A stretch of DNA of 63,752 nucleotides, filler included, from Octopus bimaculoides (taxonomy: Eukaryota): assembly GCF_001194135.2 (NCBI RefSeq). It is 6 parts of 5 records of this genome, joined end to end, with 100 filler letters (N's around TTAATTAATTAA, not from the genome) between each part and the next. Parts side by side here need not be neighbours in the genome. Positions count along the whole stretch, not along the records: positions 12,031 to 35,548 come from NC_068999.1; positions 35,649 to 44,837 come from NC_068990.1; 4 more parts are not named here. One strand, written 5' to 3'. A program made the position numbers and the translations under genes. Each line of letters starts with the position of its first letter. Position 1 is the first letter of the stretch. Below the pieces are notes generated by a model. The model saw only the letters and a program-made list of their open reading frames with translations. It searched no databases and had not been told where the DNA came from. Positions 25,935 through 37,889 of this stretch are shown piece by piece.

Positions 25935-28900
25935 AAAATAGTAATAGCACTACCAATGAAGAAGGGACAATGGGCAGCAGTGATTTAAGTGATTTAACTG
26001 AGGAAGATCAGAAGATTTTAGATGAGTTGCAGAAAGTAATGAGTAAAGAAGTAAGAAAAAGATTACCAGTGTTTAAAGGTATCAACAGAAAGAAGCTGCT
26101 AGAAATGACTAAGTAGATTCTGTTATCAGTGAGATAGGTACTAAAAATATAGGAGACACTAACTTATTGATCTATGCAAGAGAGGTAGGAGTTACTAGAA
26201 GATTTAATATTTCACAAGGAAAGATTAGAAAAGAGCAAATGTGGAAAAGGGGATTACAAAATAAAGTGAAGACTTTAAGACAAGACCTGAGTAGAATAGA
26301 AACCTGGAAATTAAATAAGTTAGGAAACACAAGATTTAAATCTTCTTTTGAGAAAAGATACCTAGTCAGAGATAAAAAGGATTTGGGACAGTCATAGAAG
26401 AGTTGAAACAGCGTATCATAGTAGTAGCAGATAAGCTCTCCAGATATCAGAAAAGAATAGATCAGTATCAGCAAAATAGATTATTTGAGACAGACCAGAG
26501 GAGATTTTATGACCAAATAGATAGTGAGAAAGAAAGTACTGAAGATGAGAAATTTGATTCAGAAGAAGCTAGAAAGTTCTGGAGTAATATTTAGGATAAG
26601 CCAGTCAATCATAATGGAGATGCAGTGTGGCTAAAGAAAGTGATGGGAAAGTAGTGAGTGAGAAGCAGCCAGATCTAAGACAAACTAGTGCATTAATGAG
26701 TAAAGTGTTAGGAAAAATGCTGAATTGGAAGGGCCCAAGACCAGATTTATTTCAAGGGTACTGGTTAAAGGAATTTAGTAGTTTACATGAGAGGTTGAGG
26801 GAGCAACTTCAGGATTGCCTTAATGGAAGAATAATACCAGATTGGATGACTAGAGGGAGAACCATACTCCTTATGAAAGATAAATGCAGGGGTAATACAG
26901 CTAGGAATTATAGACCAATCACTTGCTTACCGTTCGTGTGGAAGTTGTCAACAGGAATGTTTTCAGAAAGCATTTACGAGTACCTTGACAACCAGAATCT
27001 GCAACCAGAAGAACAGAAGGTTGCAGGAATAAGGCTAGAGGAAGACCTGATCTATTATAAATAAACAAATCAGTTCTAAATGAAATAAAATCTAGAAATA
27101 AAAATCTAACAATAGCATGGATAGATTATAAGAAAGCCTATGACATGATCCCCCGCTCATGGATAAGTGAATGTTTGAGTATATTCAGTATAACAGACAA
27201 CATAAGAGAATTAATTAGCTTTAGCATGAAGAAGTGGAAAGTAGATCTCTTTGGTAAAGTTAATATCAAGAGAGGAATTTTCCCAGGAGATTCATTATCC
27301 CCTTTAATATTTGTCTTATGTTTGATCCCCCTCAGTTTAATATTAAAGAAGGCAAAGGCAAGGTATCAGTTCAGAAATAGTAATGGAAAAATTAACCATT
27401 GCTCTACAAGGATGATCTGAAGCTTTTTAGTAAGAATGAAAAAGACACAGGTTCTTTAATACAAACAGTAAGACTTTTCAGCAAAGATATAGGCGTGGGA
27501 TTGGCATAGATAAGTGTGCAATATTAGTAATGAGAAGGGAGTAGGTAGTCAACGGTGAAGGCATCCAATTACCAGATGGCCAGGCGTTAAAATCTTTAAA
27601 AGAAGGAGAGTGTTATAGGTATCTAGAAGTGTGATAATCTGACAGAGTACTAACTATAGAAATGAAAACGAAAACTGAGAAGGAGTACATCAGAAGGGTG
27701 AGAAGTCAAAGCTAAATGGTCCGAATCTAGTGAAAGCTGTAAATACTTAGGCAGTATCATTACTTAGATACTCAGCAGCTTTTGTAGAGTGGACAAAAAC
27801 TGAATTAGCAAAGCTAGACAGAAGAACTAGGGAGGAATTCAATATGAATAGAAGACTTCACCTAAGAGCAGGAGTAGCAAGATTATATTTACCTAGAAAG
27901 GAAGGTGGAAGAAAGTTAATATCAGTAGAAGACTGCGTGGAGTTAGCTAGAATAAATATAGACTCCTATGTAGGTAATAGTGAAGAAAGTTTATTAAAAC
28001 CTGCTAGAGTTACAATAAGACATGGGGAACCCCCCAAAATAAAAAAAAAAACGAAGTTAAAAACCAGAATAAGAACAAAAGTTATCTGACTGGCAGGAGA
28101 AGGCTTTGCATGGTATTTTCCCAAAGAGAGTACCAGCAAATAGTATTAGTGATACATGGTTATGGTTGCAGAAAGGAAGGCTGAAAATGGAAACAGAAAG
28201 TTTGTTAGTAGCAGCACAAGATCAAGCATTAAGGAATAATTGGATAAAAGCCAAGATAGACAAAAACCAAGTACATTCTCAATGTAGGTTATGAAAATCA
28301 AAAGAGGAAATTGTTACACATATAGTAAGTGAATGTAGCATGCTGACACAAAGAATACAAGACATGACAATCTATGGAGAGCAATCCACTGGGAGCTATG
28401 GAAAAAGCTAGGATTTGAACATACTAATAAGTGGTATGAACATGAACCTAGTAAAATCCTAGAAAGTAAGAGATATAAGATGTTGTGGGACTTTAACATT
28501 CAGACTGACAGAGTAATAGAAGCTAGAAAGCTTGATTTAGCAGTAGTAGATAAAGAGAATAGAAAGTGCCAGATAAATGACTTAACAGTCCAAAATGATG
28601 AAAAAATCAATACGAGAAGTAGAGAAAAAATAGCAAAGTACCGGGGCCTAGCCATTGAATTACAGAATCTCAGGAAAGTGCAGGTAAAATGTATCCCAGT
28701 AGTTATAAGTGTATTAGGTACTATCCCTAAAAATTTGAACAGATGAATAGAGGAAATAGACATAAAACCCAGTTTAGTACAGTTCCAGAAAACAGTGTTA
28801 TTAGGGACAGCTAGTTACTTAGGAGGGTTCTTGGTATCCAAAGTTACTTGTTGTAGCCCGATGTTAGGAATTTTTCTTTTCCAACAGTCTAATCTGCTGT

Positions 28901-29321
28901 GTGTGTGGAGGCGCAATGACCCAGTGGTTAGGGCAGCGGACTCGTAGTCATAGGATCGCGGTTTCGATTACCAGACCGGGTGTTGTGAGTGTTTATTGAG
29001 CGAAAACACCTAAATCTCCACGAGGCTCCGGCAGGGGATGGTGGCGAACCCTGGTGTACTCTTCCACCACAACTTTCTCTCACTCTTTCTTCCTGTTTCT
29101 GTTGTACCTGTATTTCAAAGGGTCAGCCTTGTCACACTGTGTCACGCTGAATATCCTCGAGAACTACGTTAAGGGTACACGTGTCTGTGGAGTGCTCAGT
29201 CACTTGCACGTTGATTTCACGAGCAGGCTGTTCTGTTGATTGGATCAACTGGAACCCTCGACGTCGTAAGCGACGGAGTGCCAACAACAACAATCTGCTG
29301 TGTGTATATGAATAATAATAA
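25935..29321 (+). mobile_element. R4/Dong-type non-LTR retrotransposon, near-complete degenerate ORF plus 3' UTR
   Basis: NYRPITCL; AWIDYRKAYDMIP; KRGIFPGDSLSPLIF; LYLPRKEGGRKL; ETESLLVAAQDQAL; CRL...HIVSEC; LWDFNIQTD...ARKLDL; IPVVISVLGT...QKTVLLGTA. This is RT plus CCHC plus a restriction-like endonuclease. Ends in aataataataa. Confidence 0.9.
28907..29291 (+). mobile_element. SINE family 2 (tRNA-headed) inserted in the LINE 3' UTR, with 14-bp TSD
   Basis: A box (gcaatgacccagtggttag), B box (ggtttcgattacc), (CAA)n tail. TSD aatctgctgtgtgt at 28891-28904 and 29292-29305. Confidence 0.9.
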
Positions 29322-29559
29322 AGTCGCTTGTATAGATCACACAGGTACAGATCAAATATTTGTGAGCTGTGTAACCAACCACTTTGAACTGTGGAAACTT
29401 ATGCTATTCCCATATGCTGGCCTACAGAATACTCTGCTGGTGTTGCTCTTGTGATGTGTTTTCCTTTTGTTGTGGTAGATGATTGCAAAGTTGTTGAGTA
29501 TTTGTCTGTGTCTGGTGTGGATGTAGTTAAAGTGATACTATCATGATTGTGTGGTTTGT

Positions 29560-30260
29560 TTAGAGAAGTGTGTAGCACTTTTTGAAAATTTTTACTGTCA
29601 TTTTTCTGGTTTTCTTCTTCTTCTTATTTTTTTTTTTGATTTCTTGGTTGCCTACCCTCCTCGTAAGATGAGATTTCCAAGTCGGAAAGATCATTCGGGT
29701 AGAGTTATGTTTTGTGTGTGTTTATGTGTGTATTTGTATTTGAAAAAGGGAACAGGAGGGTAAGAGAGAAGTTTAGGCTAAAGATTTTCCTTGGTGGCGA
29801 ATTTTGGTTCTGTTATTATGGATATCATTGCAGCTATTGCTAGTCTTGCTGCAGTTGTTAGTGATGGTACGGCTGCTGTTGTCACAGCTGCAGCTGCGGT
29901 TGTTTGTGTTGCTGCTACTGTTGCGGCTGTTGTTGTTCTTGTCCTCGTCTCTGCTGCTTTTACTGCTGTTGTTACTATTGTACACTGCTGTTGTTGCAAG
30001 GGCTGTTATGTCAGCATTATTGTAAGCCATTTCACTACAGTTCTTTGCTGAGGGCAAAAAGCTCTTAAGTATCCTGCGGAACCACACAAGTGGCATCTTA
30101 GAATTCTCCCCCAGCAGCAAAATCCAACTCCACTCCAATTAGGCAGGTAGATAATGTCTGGGATCGTTTCCATATCCTCAGATTTGATCTGAAAGAGGAC
30201 TATGGTCACAAGCCTAAACTCCTTCGTTTTACGTTTTGGAAGGTGTCACTGCCCTCCAAA
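29560..30260 (-). mobile_element. Possible LINE ORF1/gag-like remnant with degenerate zinc knuckle and low-complexity T/A-rich tail
   Basis: GRILRCHLCGSAGYLRAFCP follows CX2CX4(H>Y)X4C spacing, preceded by IPDIIYLP. Confidence 0.4.
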
Positions 30261-30299
30261 ACAACACAGGCCAACAACCACCCAATGTCTAACCTTGGT

Positions 30300-31320
30300 G
30301 GAATTCTATCTTAATGTTATTGAAACAATCAATGAAAGAGTAGTACAGGTAATCAGATATGGAACTGGAATTGTTGATTGGATCGAAAACGACATACAGA
30401 AATTGGAGAGAAAAACTAGAAGGCTTTTGACAATCTACGGAGTCCACCATCCGAAAACTGATATCAACCGGTTGTACATGAGAGACCCGGGTGGAAGAGG
30501 TTTAATTGCTGTGGAAGGGTGTGTACAGATGGAAAGAAAAAGCCTAATAGAATATTTATAGAACAGCACAGAGTAATTATTAAAGACAGTGAATAAGGAG
30601 CAGGTGATCAGATGTGGAATAGGAGAAAAGAACAAGAATGAAATTAAAAAAGAGCATGTTAAACAGATTGAAGAGAAATCTTTTTATGGTCAGTTTTGGA
30701 AAGCCATTGAGGATATACGTGAAACAAAACCCTGGGCTTGGTTGAAGAAAGGACATTTAAAGAAAAAGAAACAGAGCCTTATTATAATAGCTCAAGATCA
30801 AGCATTAAAAACAAACTTGAGAAAATATGTGTATAGGGTAAAGGTATCAGTGATATATAGAGTGTGTGGAATTTGGGATAAAACAATGGCATACATTGTT
30901 GCAGAATGTCCTAAATTGGCTCTGGGAGAATATAAGACATGGAGGCATGACCAAGGTGTAAAAGTTTTGTACTGGAACCTTTGTCAGAAATGAAGATTTG
31001 AAGCTAGAAGTATTTGGTATGATCATCGAGTTGAAAGAGTGCTTGAGACGTTGCAGTCCCTCCTGATCAAAATATTGTCCCAAAAGAAGTGGAGAAATTG
31101 TCAAAGTACAAAGACCTCGAAATTGAAGTATTTAAGATGTGGGGCATGGAGGTAAAAACAAAACCAATAATAATTGGAGTATTGAACATAATAAAAAGAG
31201 ACATATGAACAAAAACGTAGAAGCTATACCTGGATCCTCAACACTACACACTATCCCCAAAATAGCCCTGCTAGGAACAGCCCGCATCCCGCGCAAGACA
31301 TTATCAGTTCAATAATACAA
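30300..31320 (+). mobile_element. R4/Dong-type LINE 3' fragment, deleted and degenerate
   Basis: RKTRRLLTIYGVHHPKTDINRLYM..PGGRGL; AQDQAL; YIVAECPKLA..YKTWRHD; EKLSKYKDL; ALLGTARI.RKTLSVQ*. Confidence 0.85.
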
Positions 31321-31559
31321 CCCAAACAAAATAACCCACAAACACAAGACACTCTATGCAGCAATTACCCAGTGAAATAAATTTCCACCAGCAAGCTTGA
31401 AAATCATCGCATTACACACTCGACACACAATACAAGCAGTAATATAACAAAAGACTGCACCACACCTCAAGAGAGAAAAAACTAATACAAAACAATACCG
31501 GCAAGAGTTTGCGCACTCCCAACAACAGAAAAGAACTCACAATACTGCACACACCACAG

Positions 31560-32697
31560 CAATACCGAGGTGTAGCAGGTGATGCAGTATAAATTTGAAG
31601 AAGAAGAAGAAGAAACAACAAAAGCTATAAAACAAATGAAATCCAAACTAAAACTAGAACAGCAACGGACCATGATAAAACGATGGCAAGAAAAGCCCCT
31701 ACATGGTAAATACTGGGCTAAACTAAATGCGAAAGAAATAGACAGAGAAAAATCCCAGCAATGGCTGAGAAGCTCAGGACTCAAAGCAGAGACTGAAGGA
31801 TTTTTAATTGCTGCACAAGACCAAAGCCTCCCCACCAGAAATTACCAAAAACACATAATGAAAAGAAATATAACAAGTAACTGTAGAATATGTGGAGATC
31901 GACAAGAAACAATAAATCATATTATCTCTGGCTGCCCANNNNNNNNNNNNNNNNNNNNNNNNNNNNNNNNNNNNNNNNNNNNNNNNNNNNNNNNNNNNNN
32001 NNNNNNNNNNNNNNNNNNNNNNNNNNNNNNNNNNNNNNNNNNNNNNNNNNNNNNNNNNNNNNNNNNNNNNNNNNNNNNNNNNNNNNNNNNNNNNNNNNNN
32101 NNNNNNNNNNNNNNNNNNNNNNNNNNNNNNNNNNNNNNNNNNNNNNNNNNNNNNNNNNNNNNNNNNNNNNNNNNNNNNNNNNNNNNNNNNNNNNNNNNNN
32201 NNNNNNNNNNNNNNNNNNNNNNNNNNNNNNNNNNNNNNNNNNNNNNNNNNNNNNNNNNNNNNNNNNNNNNNNNNNNNNNNNNNNNNNNNNNNNNNNNNNN
32301 NNNNNNNNNNNNNNNNNNNNNNNNNNNNNNNNNNNNNNNNNNNNNNNNNNNNNNNNNNNNNNNNNNNNNNNNNNNNNNNNNNNNNNNNNNNNNNNNNNNN
32401 NNNNNNNNNNNNNNNNNNNNNNNNGAATGTGGAATCTAAAAACAGAAACAATTCCTATCATAGTAGGTGCCTTAGGTATAATAAAAAAATATTCAGACAA
32501 ATACATAACAAAAACACCAGGACTTACAAATATATATAACATACAGAAAATTGCACTACTGGGTACTGCACACATTCTACGCAAAACACTTTCAATACAG
32601 TAAACATAAGAGCACCACAGCAAACCACAGCACATACCCAAGGCGCACAGAGCTGCGCTCGGTAGTGAAGTGAAAGCACGTTATAAAAATAAAACTA

Positions 32698-32731
<34 letters not shown>
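31560..32731 (+). mobile_element. R4/Dong-type LINE, 5'-truncated young copy with central gap and (TAA)n tail
   Basis: No stops in the visible sequence: WLRSSGLKAETEGFLIAAQDQSL..RNY..CRICG...ETINHIISGCP, then IPIIVGALG...QKIALLGTAHILRKTLSIQ*. Same family as 52900-56030. Confidence 0.92.
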
Positions 32732-32733
<2 letters not shown>

Positions 32734-32734
32734 C

Positions 32735-33285
32735 TGCCCTGATACAGTACCAGGTAGTAGCTCTCGTGGCTTCCGATCTTAACTGATTGGAATTATCATG
32801 TACATTGTTTTGTCTTGGTATAAAAGATGGTCTACAGCAAATATTCTGCTCAATATCACAGAGTTGCTTGTCAATTGCTTGACCGTAACCAATTGAGCAT
32901 GTCCCTTGGTGGCTGACAGTATGTGCATCTATGATCACAAGCAGAAGTAGTGGGGGAGCATCATAGCCATGTGTTGAGAGGAATTCTATGGCGTTTCAAT
33001 AATTCACCTCCAGAGGTAGGTGTTTCGTTCAACATCCTTAAACAACCCTTATTCAGGGACCTTTTGAGCGGGATGGGCCACTCGACCTGAAGAAAATTCT
33101 AACTGGGCCCCCACCTGAAAGTTCATGCGCTGTTAATCTTGATATGAGATCACCATGTAGCGCACATATGATTGTGATGCATGTGGCTGGTGTACCCTTA
33201 TCAGACGGGTAGTCATCATGGATATACTGGGCTTCGTATATTTTACCCCAGTGTCACTTTAATGGCATGCACAGATCTTTTACTT
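32735..33285. mobile_element. Non-coding interspersed repeat of about 550-640 bp, copy 1, bounded by (TAA)n
   Basis: Highly similar to 33340-33980, 40855-41110 and the reverse complement of 51862-52130; no long ORF. Confidence 0.8.
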
Positions 33286-33339
33286 AGTAGTAGTAGTTGT
33301 AGTTATAACAACAATAATAATAATAATAATAATAATAAA

Positions 33340-33978
33340 TGCCCCGATGCAGTACCAAGCAGTGGCTCTCATGGCTTCTGATCTTAACTGATTGGAAGTG
33401 TTATCATATACATTGTTTTTGTTTTGGTATAAAAGATGGGCTNNNNNNNNNNCATGGCTTCTGATCTTAACTGATTGGAAGTGTTATCATATACATTGTT
33501 TTTGTTTTGGTATAAAAGATGGGCTACAGCAAATATTCTGCTCAATACCACAGATTTGCTTGTAAGTTGTTTGACCTTGACCAGTTAACTATATCCCTTA
33601 GTGGCTGACGATATGTGCATCTCTGATCACGAGGAGAAATAGTGAGCGAGCATCATAGCCATGTGTTGAGAGGAATTCTTTGGGGTTTGGATAATTCACC
33701 TTTGGAAACACGGGTGGTTCGTTCAACATCTTTAACAACCCTTATTCAGGGACCTTTTGAGCGGGATGGGCTACTCGACCTGAAGAAAATTCTAACTGGG
33801 CCCCACCTGCAATGGTCATGCGCTGTTTATCTTGATATGAGATCACCAATTCGCGCACATATGATTGTGATGTGTGTGACTGGTGTACCCTTATCAGACG
33901 GGTAGTCACAATGGGTATACTGGGCTTCGTATATTTTGCCCCAGTGTCACTTTGATGGCATGCGCTGCTCTCTCACTC

Positions 33979-33980
<2 letters not shown>
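33340..33980. mobile_element. Same repeat, tandem copy 2, bounded by (TAA)n
   Basis: Tandem with copy 1; includes a ~70-bp duplication across a 10-N gap. Confidence 0.8.
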
Positions 33981-34029
<49 letters not shown>

Positions 34030-34032
<3 letters not shown>

Positions 34033-34457
34033 CCTTTCTACAAAAGGCACAAAGGCTGAAATTTTAGTGGTCGGGGGGATATTCGATTGCATTGACCTCA
34101 GTGCTCAACTGGTACTTATTTCATCGATCCCCGAAAGGATGAAAAGCAAAGTGGACCCCAGCGGAATTTGATCTGAGAACGTAAGGACGGACGAAATGCC
34201 GCTAAGCATTTTGCCGGGCGTGCTAACGATTCTGCCAATTCACCGCCTAATATAATCCTTTCTACAAGGCCAGAAATTCTGGGGGAGGGGACTAGTCGTT
34301 TACATCGATCCCAGTGCGTAACTGATACTTAATTTATCGACCCTGAAAGAATGAATGGCAAAGTCGACCTCGGCGGAATTTAAACTTAGAACGTAGCGAC
34401 AGACGAAACACCGCTAAGCATTTTACCCGGCGTACTAACGATTCTGCCAACTCGCCA
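34030..34457 (-). mobile_element. SINE family 3, two tandem copies
   Basis: Each reads on the minus strand as ggcg.gagttggcagaatcgttag..cgccgg..aaatgcttagcg...ttctaagtttaaattccgccgagg...cctttc; copies at about 34030-34248 and 34254-34457. Confidence 0.8.
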
Positions 34458-35082
34458 ATAATAATAATCATATAGGGGATGATCATGCCTGAAACGTTTT
34501 CAACCATAGTGTTGAACAATCAGAGCTGATCAGGGTTTACATAATAACAGTTAATATATTTAACTCTGAACTCTGCCAAATACATTTCAACCTATGCAGT
34601 AAATAAAGAAATTCTTCTGTCTTGTTATCTGATCTGAAAGTTCTGCTAAAAGTTTTGTGTGTGAAATATAATACTTCATTCAATACAGAACCATTTCAAC
34701 ACGGGATATGTCTCTTGAGTTTCATTTCACAGCAAGACAATATGTGTTTTAAGCATATGAACATACGTTGCAATACTAAATTGTAAAAATGCTCATGATA
34801 TATTAGGTTATGGCTAATTTCTTAACACTTGCTAGACTAACATCAATATATATAAATTACTACGCCCTGGTGTAAACTAATACAGATTTTGTACATAGCT
34901 ATGAGCTATTTATCCTTTTGCAAGACAATAATCAGAGTAAAACACTCTGATGAACATCTAATAAAATTTAAACTGCAATATAATTAATATACATGCAGTG
35001 CCATGAAGAAATTGGAGTGTATCCCCAGGGTCTCATTCTCCAGTAAAACTACTGAGTGATCAAAAACATTCTAAATACTTAC

Positions 35083-35183
35083 TTGGCCTGCAGAACCAGA
35101 GCAATACAACCAGCAGCAAGTGGAGCTGCTGCTGATGTCCCTCCAAAATTTTCCACACAGCTACCATGTAAACCTGTTGTTAC
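35083..35183 (-). CDS. Proprotein convertase exon carrying the catalytic Ser (GTSAAAP)
   Basis: Acceptor tttttAG at 35185-35184 and donor AA|GTAAGT at 35082. Encodes [33 protein letters not shown]; AA plus the C of the next exon gives Asn of ANPLLTWRD. Confidence 0.96.
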
Positions 35184-35648
35184 CTAAAAATTTAAAGAGA
35201 GAATGATTTAGATCTTTTTATAAGCAGTTTAGAAAACTTTACATTCGACTCGAGCATGGTCTATTTTATATGTTTCCTGACACACTTTTCATATACTGAG
35301 AAAACAAATGAGTTCTGAGTTCAATTCCTGCTAAGGTGAAATTAAATCACCCAGTTTAACACTCCTATCTGATCCTTGAGTGTCCTTAATGAAGCCAACT
35401 CTGTTGCATGCTTTTCGGGATAGGTTTCCACTTTAAGGATACGTCAGTCTTTTTTTCCAACTAGTGTCGGAGATCTGAAAAGGATTAAGGACACTGCTCG
35501 TTCCGCCTGAGTAAGTGATTATCTATCTAACTCTTTATCTCTCTCAGCNNNNNNNNNNNNNNNNNNNNNNNNNNNNNNNNNNNNNNNNNNNNTTAATTAA
35601 TTAANNNNNNNNNNNNNNNNNNNNNNNNNNNNNNNNNNNNNNNNNNNN

Positions 35649-35691
<43 letters not shown>

Positions 35692-35696
<5 letters not shown>

Positions 35697-35860
35697 AGTT
35701 TCTTTCAGTTTCTGTGTACTGAACCCACTCACAAACTGGCTTTGATTGGCCCAGGGCTATAGGAAAAGATGCTTGTACAAGGTGTCATGGGTAGAGTTAA
35801 AACCAGAACCAAGTGGTTGGGAAGTAAGATCCTCACCACACACCCACGCCTGTGCCTATA
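35692..35860 (-). mobile_element. SINE family 1, 5' half
   Basis: Diverged reverse-complement head next to (TA)n and a gap. Confidence 0.7.
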
Positions 35861-37271
35861 AAGTGTAAAAATGTTTAATTGCACATCTATGGTCAGTGAT
35901 ATAGCCCTACTCTACTTACTAAAAGTCATTATTGACCAGATTTTACAGGCCTTTGGGGCTGATTTGTTTGTCCTATAAATATTTTGGACGCTTGCTGGTG
36001 GTTACTTTTATCTCTCTTGCGCATTTCAAAAACTTTTGTAACTTAAGTTTGATTTTCTTTGCAATTTTCTTTCATTCCACTTCACTGAAGATGTTTATTG
36101 AATTGTTCGCCATGGGGCAAAATGCCTTGCAGTATGTAATCACAACCTTCACAATCTTTACACTCTGAGTTCAAATCTCACAAAGGTGAATTTCACCTTT
36201 TGAACATTATCTGATTGATAGAATAAAGTACTAATCAAGCACTGGAGATGAAATACATCCTCTTAATACATCCAAGATGTGAATGGAATTACAGTAGAAG
36301 ACTTGTGAGGATGCACGGTTGTTGTAGCCTCTCAACCTTGTGATCATTTCACATCAGTGGTGTGGATGCCTTGCGTTTGCTTCTGTTGATAAAGTGAATA
36401 AATAAATACATAGAGGAAATCAAAATGAAACTTATCCTTTGATTATTTTATTGACAATAAGAATAGAGAAATTGGAGATTCGAAACAAATTGCAGAAGAT
36501 TTTATTGGATACACACGAATCAAACATGGATCTCATGACAAATAAGCAAGGTATTTTCATCGTTACTATCATCATCATTTAACACCCATTTTTCCATGCT
36601 GGCATAGGTTAGGTGATTTGACAGGATCCAGCAAGCCACTGGACTGTGTTGAGCTCCAATGTCAGCTTTGGAATGGTTTCCAAAACTGGATGCTCTTCCT
36701 AATACCAGCCACTTTATAGAGTGTACAGGTGCTTTTTCATGTCACTGGCACTTGTGAATTTGCTAAGTAACTTGTAAGACAGGAAGCAAAAAACAGGAAG
36801 AAGCAAAAGCCCACTTGACTAAATGGTAGGGAGGAGTATTTGAAAAAAAGAGGGTGGTTTGACACCAGGTGTTGAGTGACTATAGTTATGATAGATGGAC
36901 ATGTGCAGGTGTCTTTCTACAGAGAAGATACATGGCTACCCTATTATGCTACCCAGGGTAGGTGGCAATGGTATACCTGATAGGGAAGCAAGGGGAATGA
37001 CTGCTTCCTCACCAAAGCACATTTTTCAAAACTGGCACCTTTTAAACAATTTTTTAATTCTTTAGTTCACTTTTACAATAAAAGTCAAATTTGTTCTTCT
37101 TTTAATTGCATGACCTTGGAAGAACTTTCTGGAGTCATTACTTTATTTAACCAACCTTCTGTGTTTTCGAACTGTCTGCTCAATCTCTCGTGATGTGTGA
37201 CCGCTGAAATCTGAAGAACCAAAGCAAACCTTAACGTCAATAACCTCTTGACACTGGACAATCCTGTGAAG

Positions 37272-37416
37272 CACTAGCATAGCTAGGGGTATGTGGTAGG
37301 GGCACTTTTCATCTTGTTGTAGGCTACTGCTATAAGCAATATGTGTCTTTTGTGGGGTCCAGGGGTGGCAAGTGGAAGGGTTGCCCCTGGCAGCACACAC
37401 TCTAGCTACACTAGTG
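37272..37416. mobile_element. 145-bp MITE with 8-bp TSD (hAT-type)
   Basis: TIRs cactagcatagctag versus cactagtgtagctag (13/15). TSD ctgtgaag at 37264-37271 and 37417-37424. Confidence 0.85.
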
Positions 37417-37534
37417 CTGTGAAGTTTAATTTTTTTCATGTAACGCCTATATCAGTAGGTGTAATGACATAATGACATTGCTACTGAAAGATGAAATTAA
37501 TGAATGTAGAATACAATTACATCATCATCATTAT

Positions 37535-37760
37535 CATCATCGTTTAACGTCCGCTTTCCATGCTAGCATGGGTTGGACGATTTGACTGAGGACTGGTGAA
37601 ACCGGATGGCAACACCAGGCTCCAATCTGATTTGGCAGAGTTTCTACAGCTGGATGCTCTTCCTAACGCCAACCACTCAGAGAGTGTAGTGGGTGCTTTT
37701 ACGTGCCACCGGCACAAAGGCCAGTCAGGCGGTACTGGCAACGGCCATGCTCAAAATGGT
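37535..37760 (-). mobile_element. RTE-type LINE 3' UTR
   Basis: (cat)n cgtttaacgtccgctttccatgctagcatggg...gctggatgctcttcctaacgcc is the reverse complement of the RTE tail. Confidence 0.8.
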
Positions 37761-37889
37761 GTATAGCTCTGTAAAGGTGTTATTCTAATAAGTGATATTG
37801 ATATAAATATTATTAAGCTTCCAAAGAAACATTTGTTGTATTACCATAATTTGTTTGTTGCTAAATGTAATGGTCAGAAAATTATCTGA

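Noticed and set aside
33372-33523. Exact ~70-bp duplication across a 10-N gap
   Set aside because: Typical unmerged contig overlap; the same applies to 25790-25880.
35379-35495. 12-bp inverted repeat agtgtccttaat/attaaggacact upstream of the catalytic exon
   Set aside because: Short, does not extend, and has no TSD; cannot be distinguished from chance or a repeat remnant.
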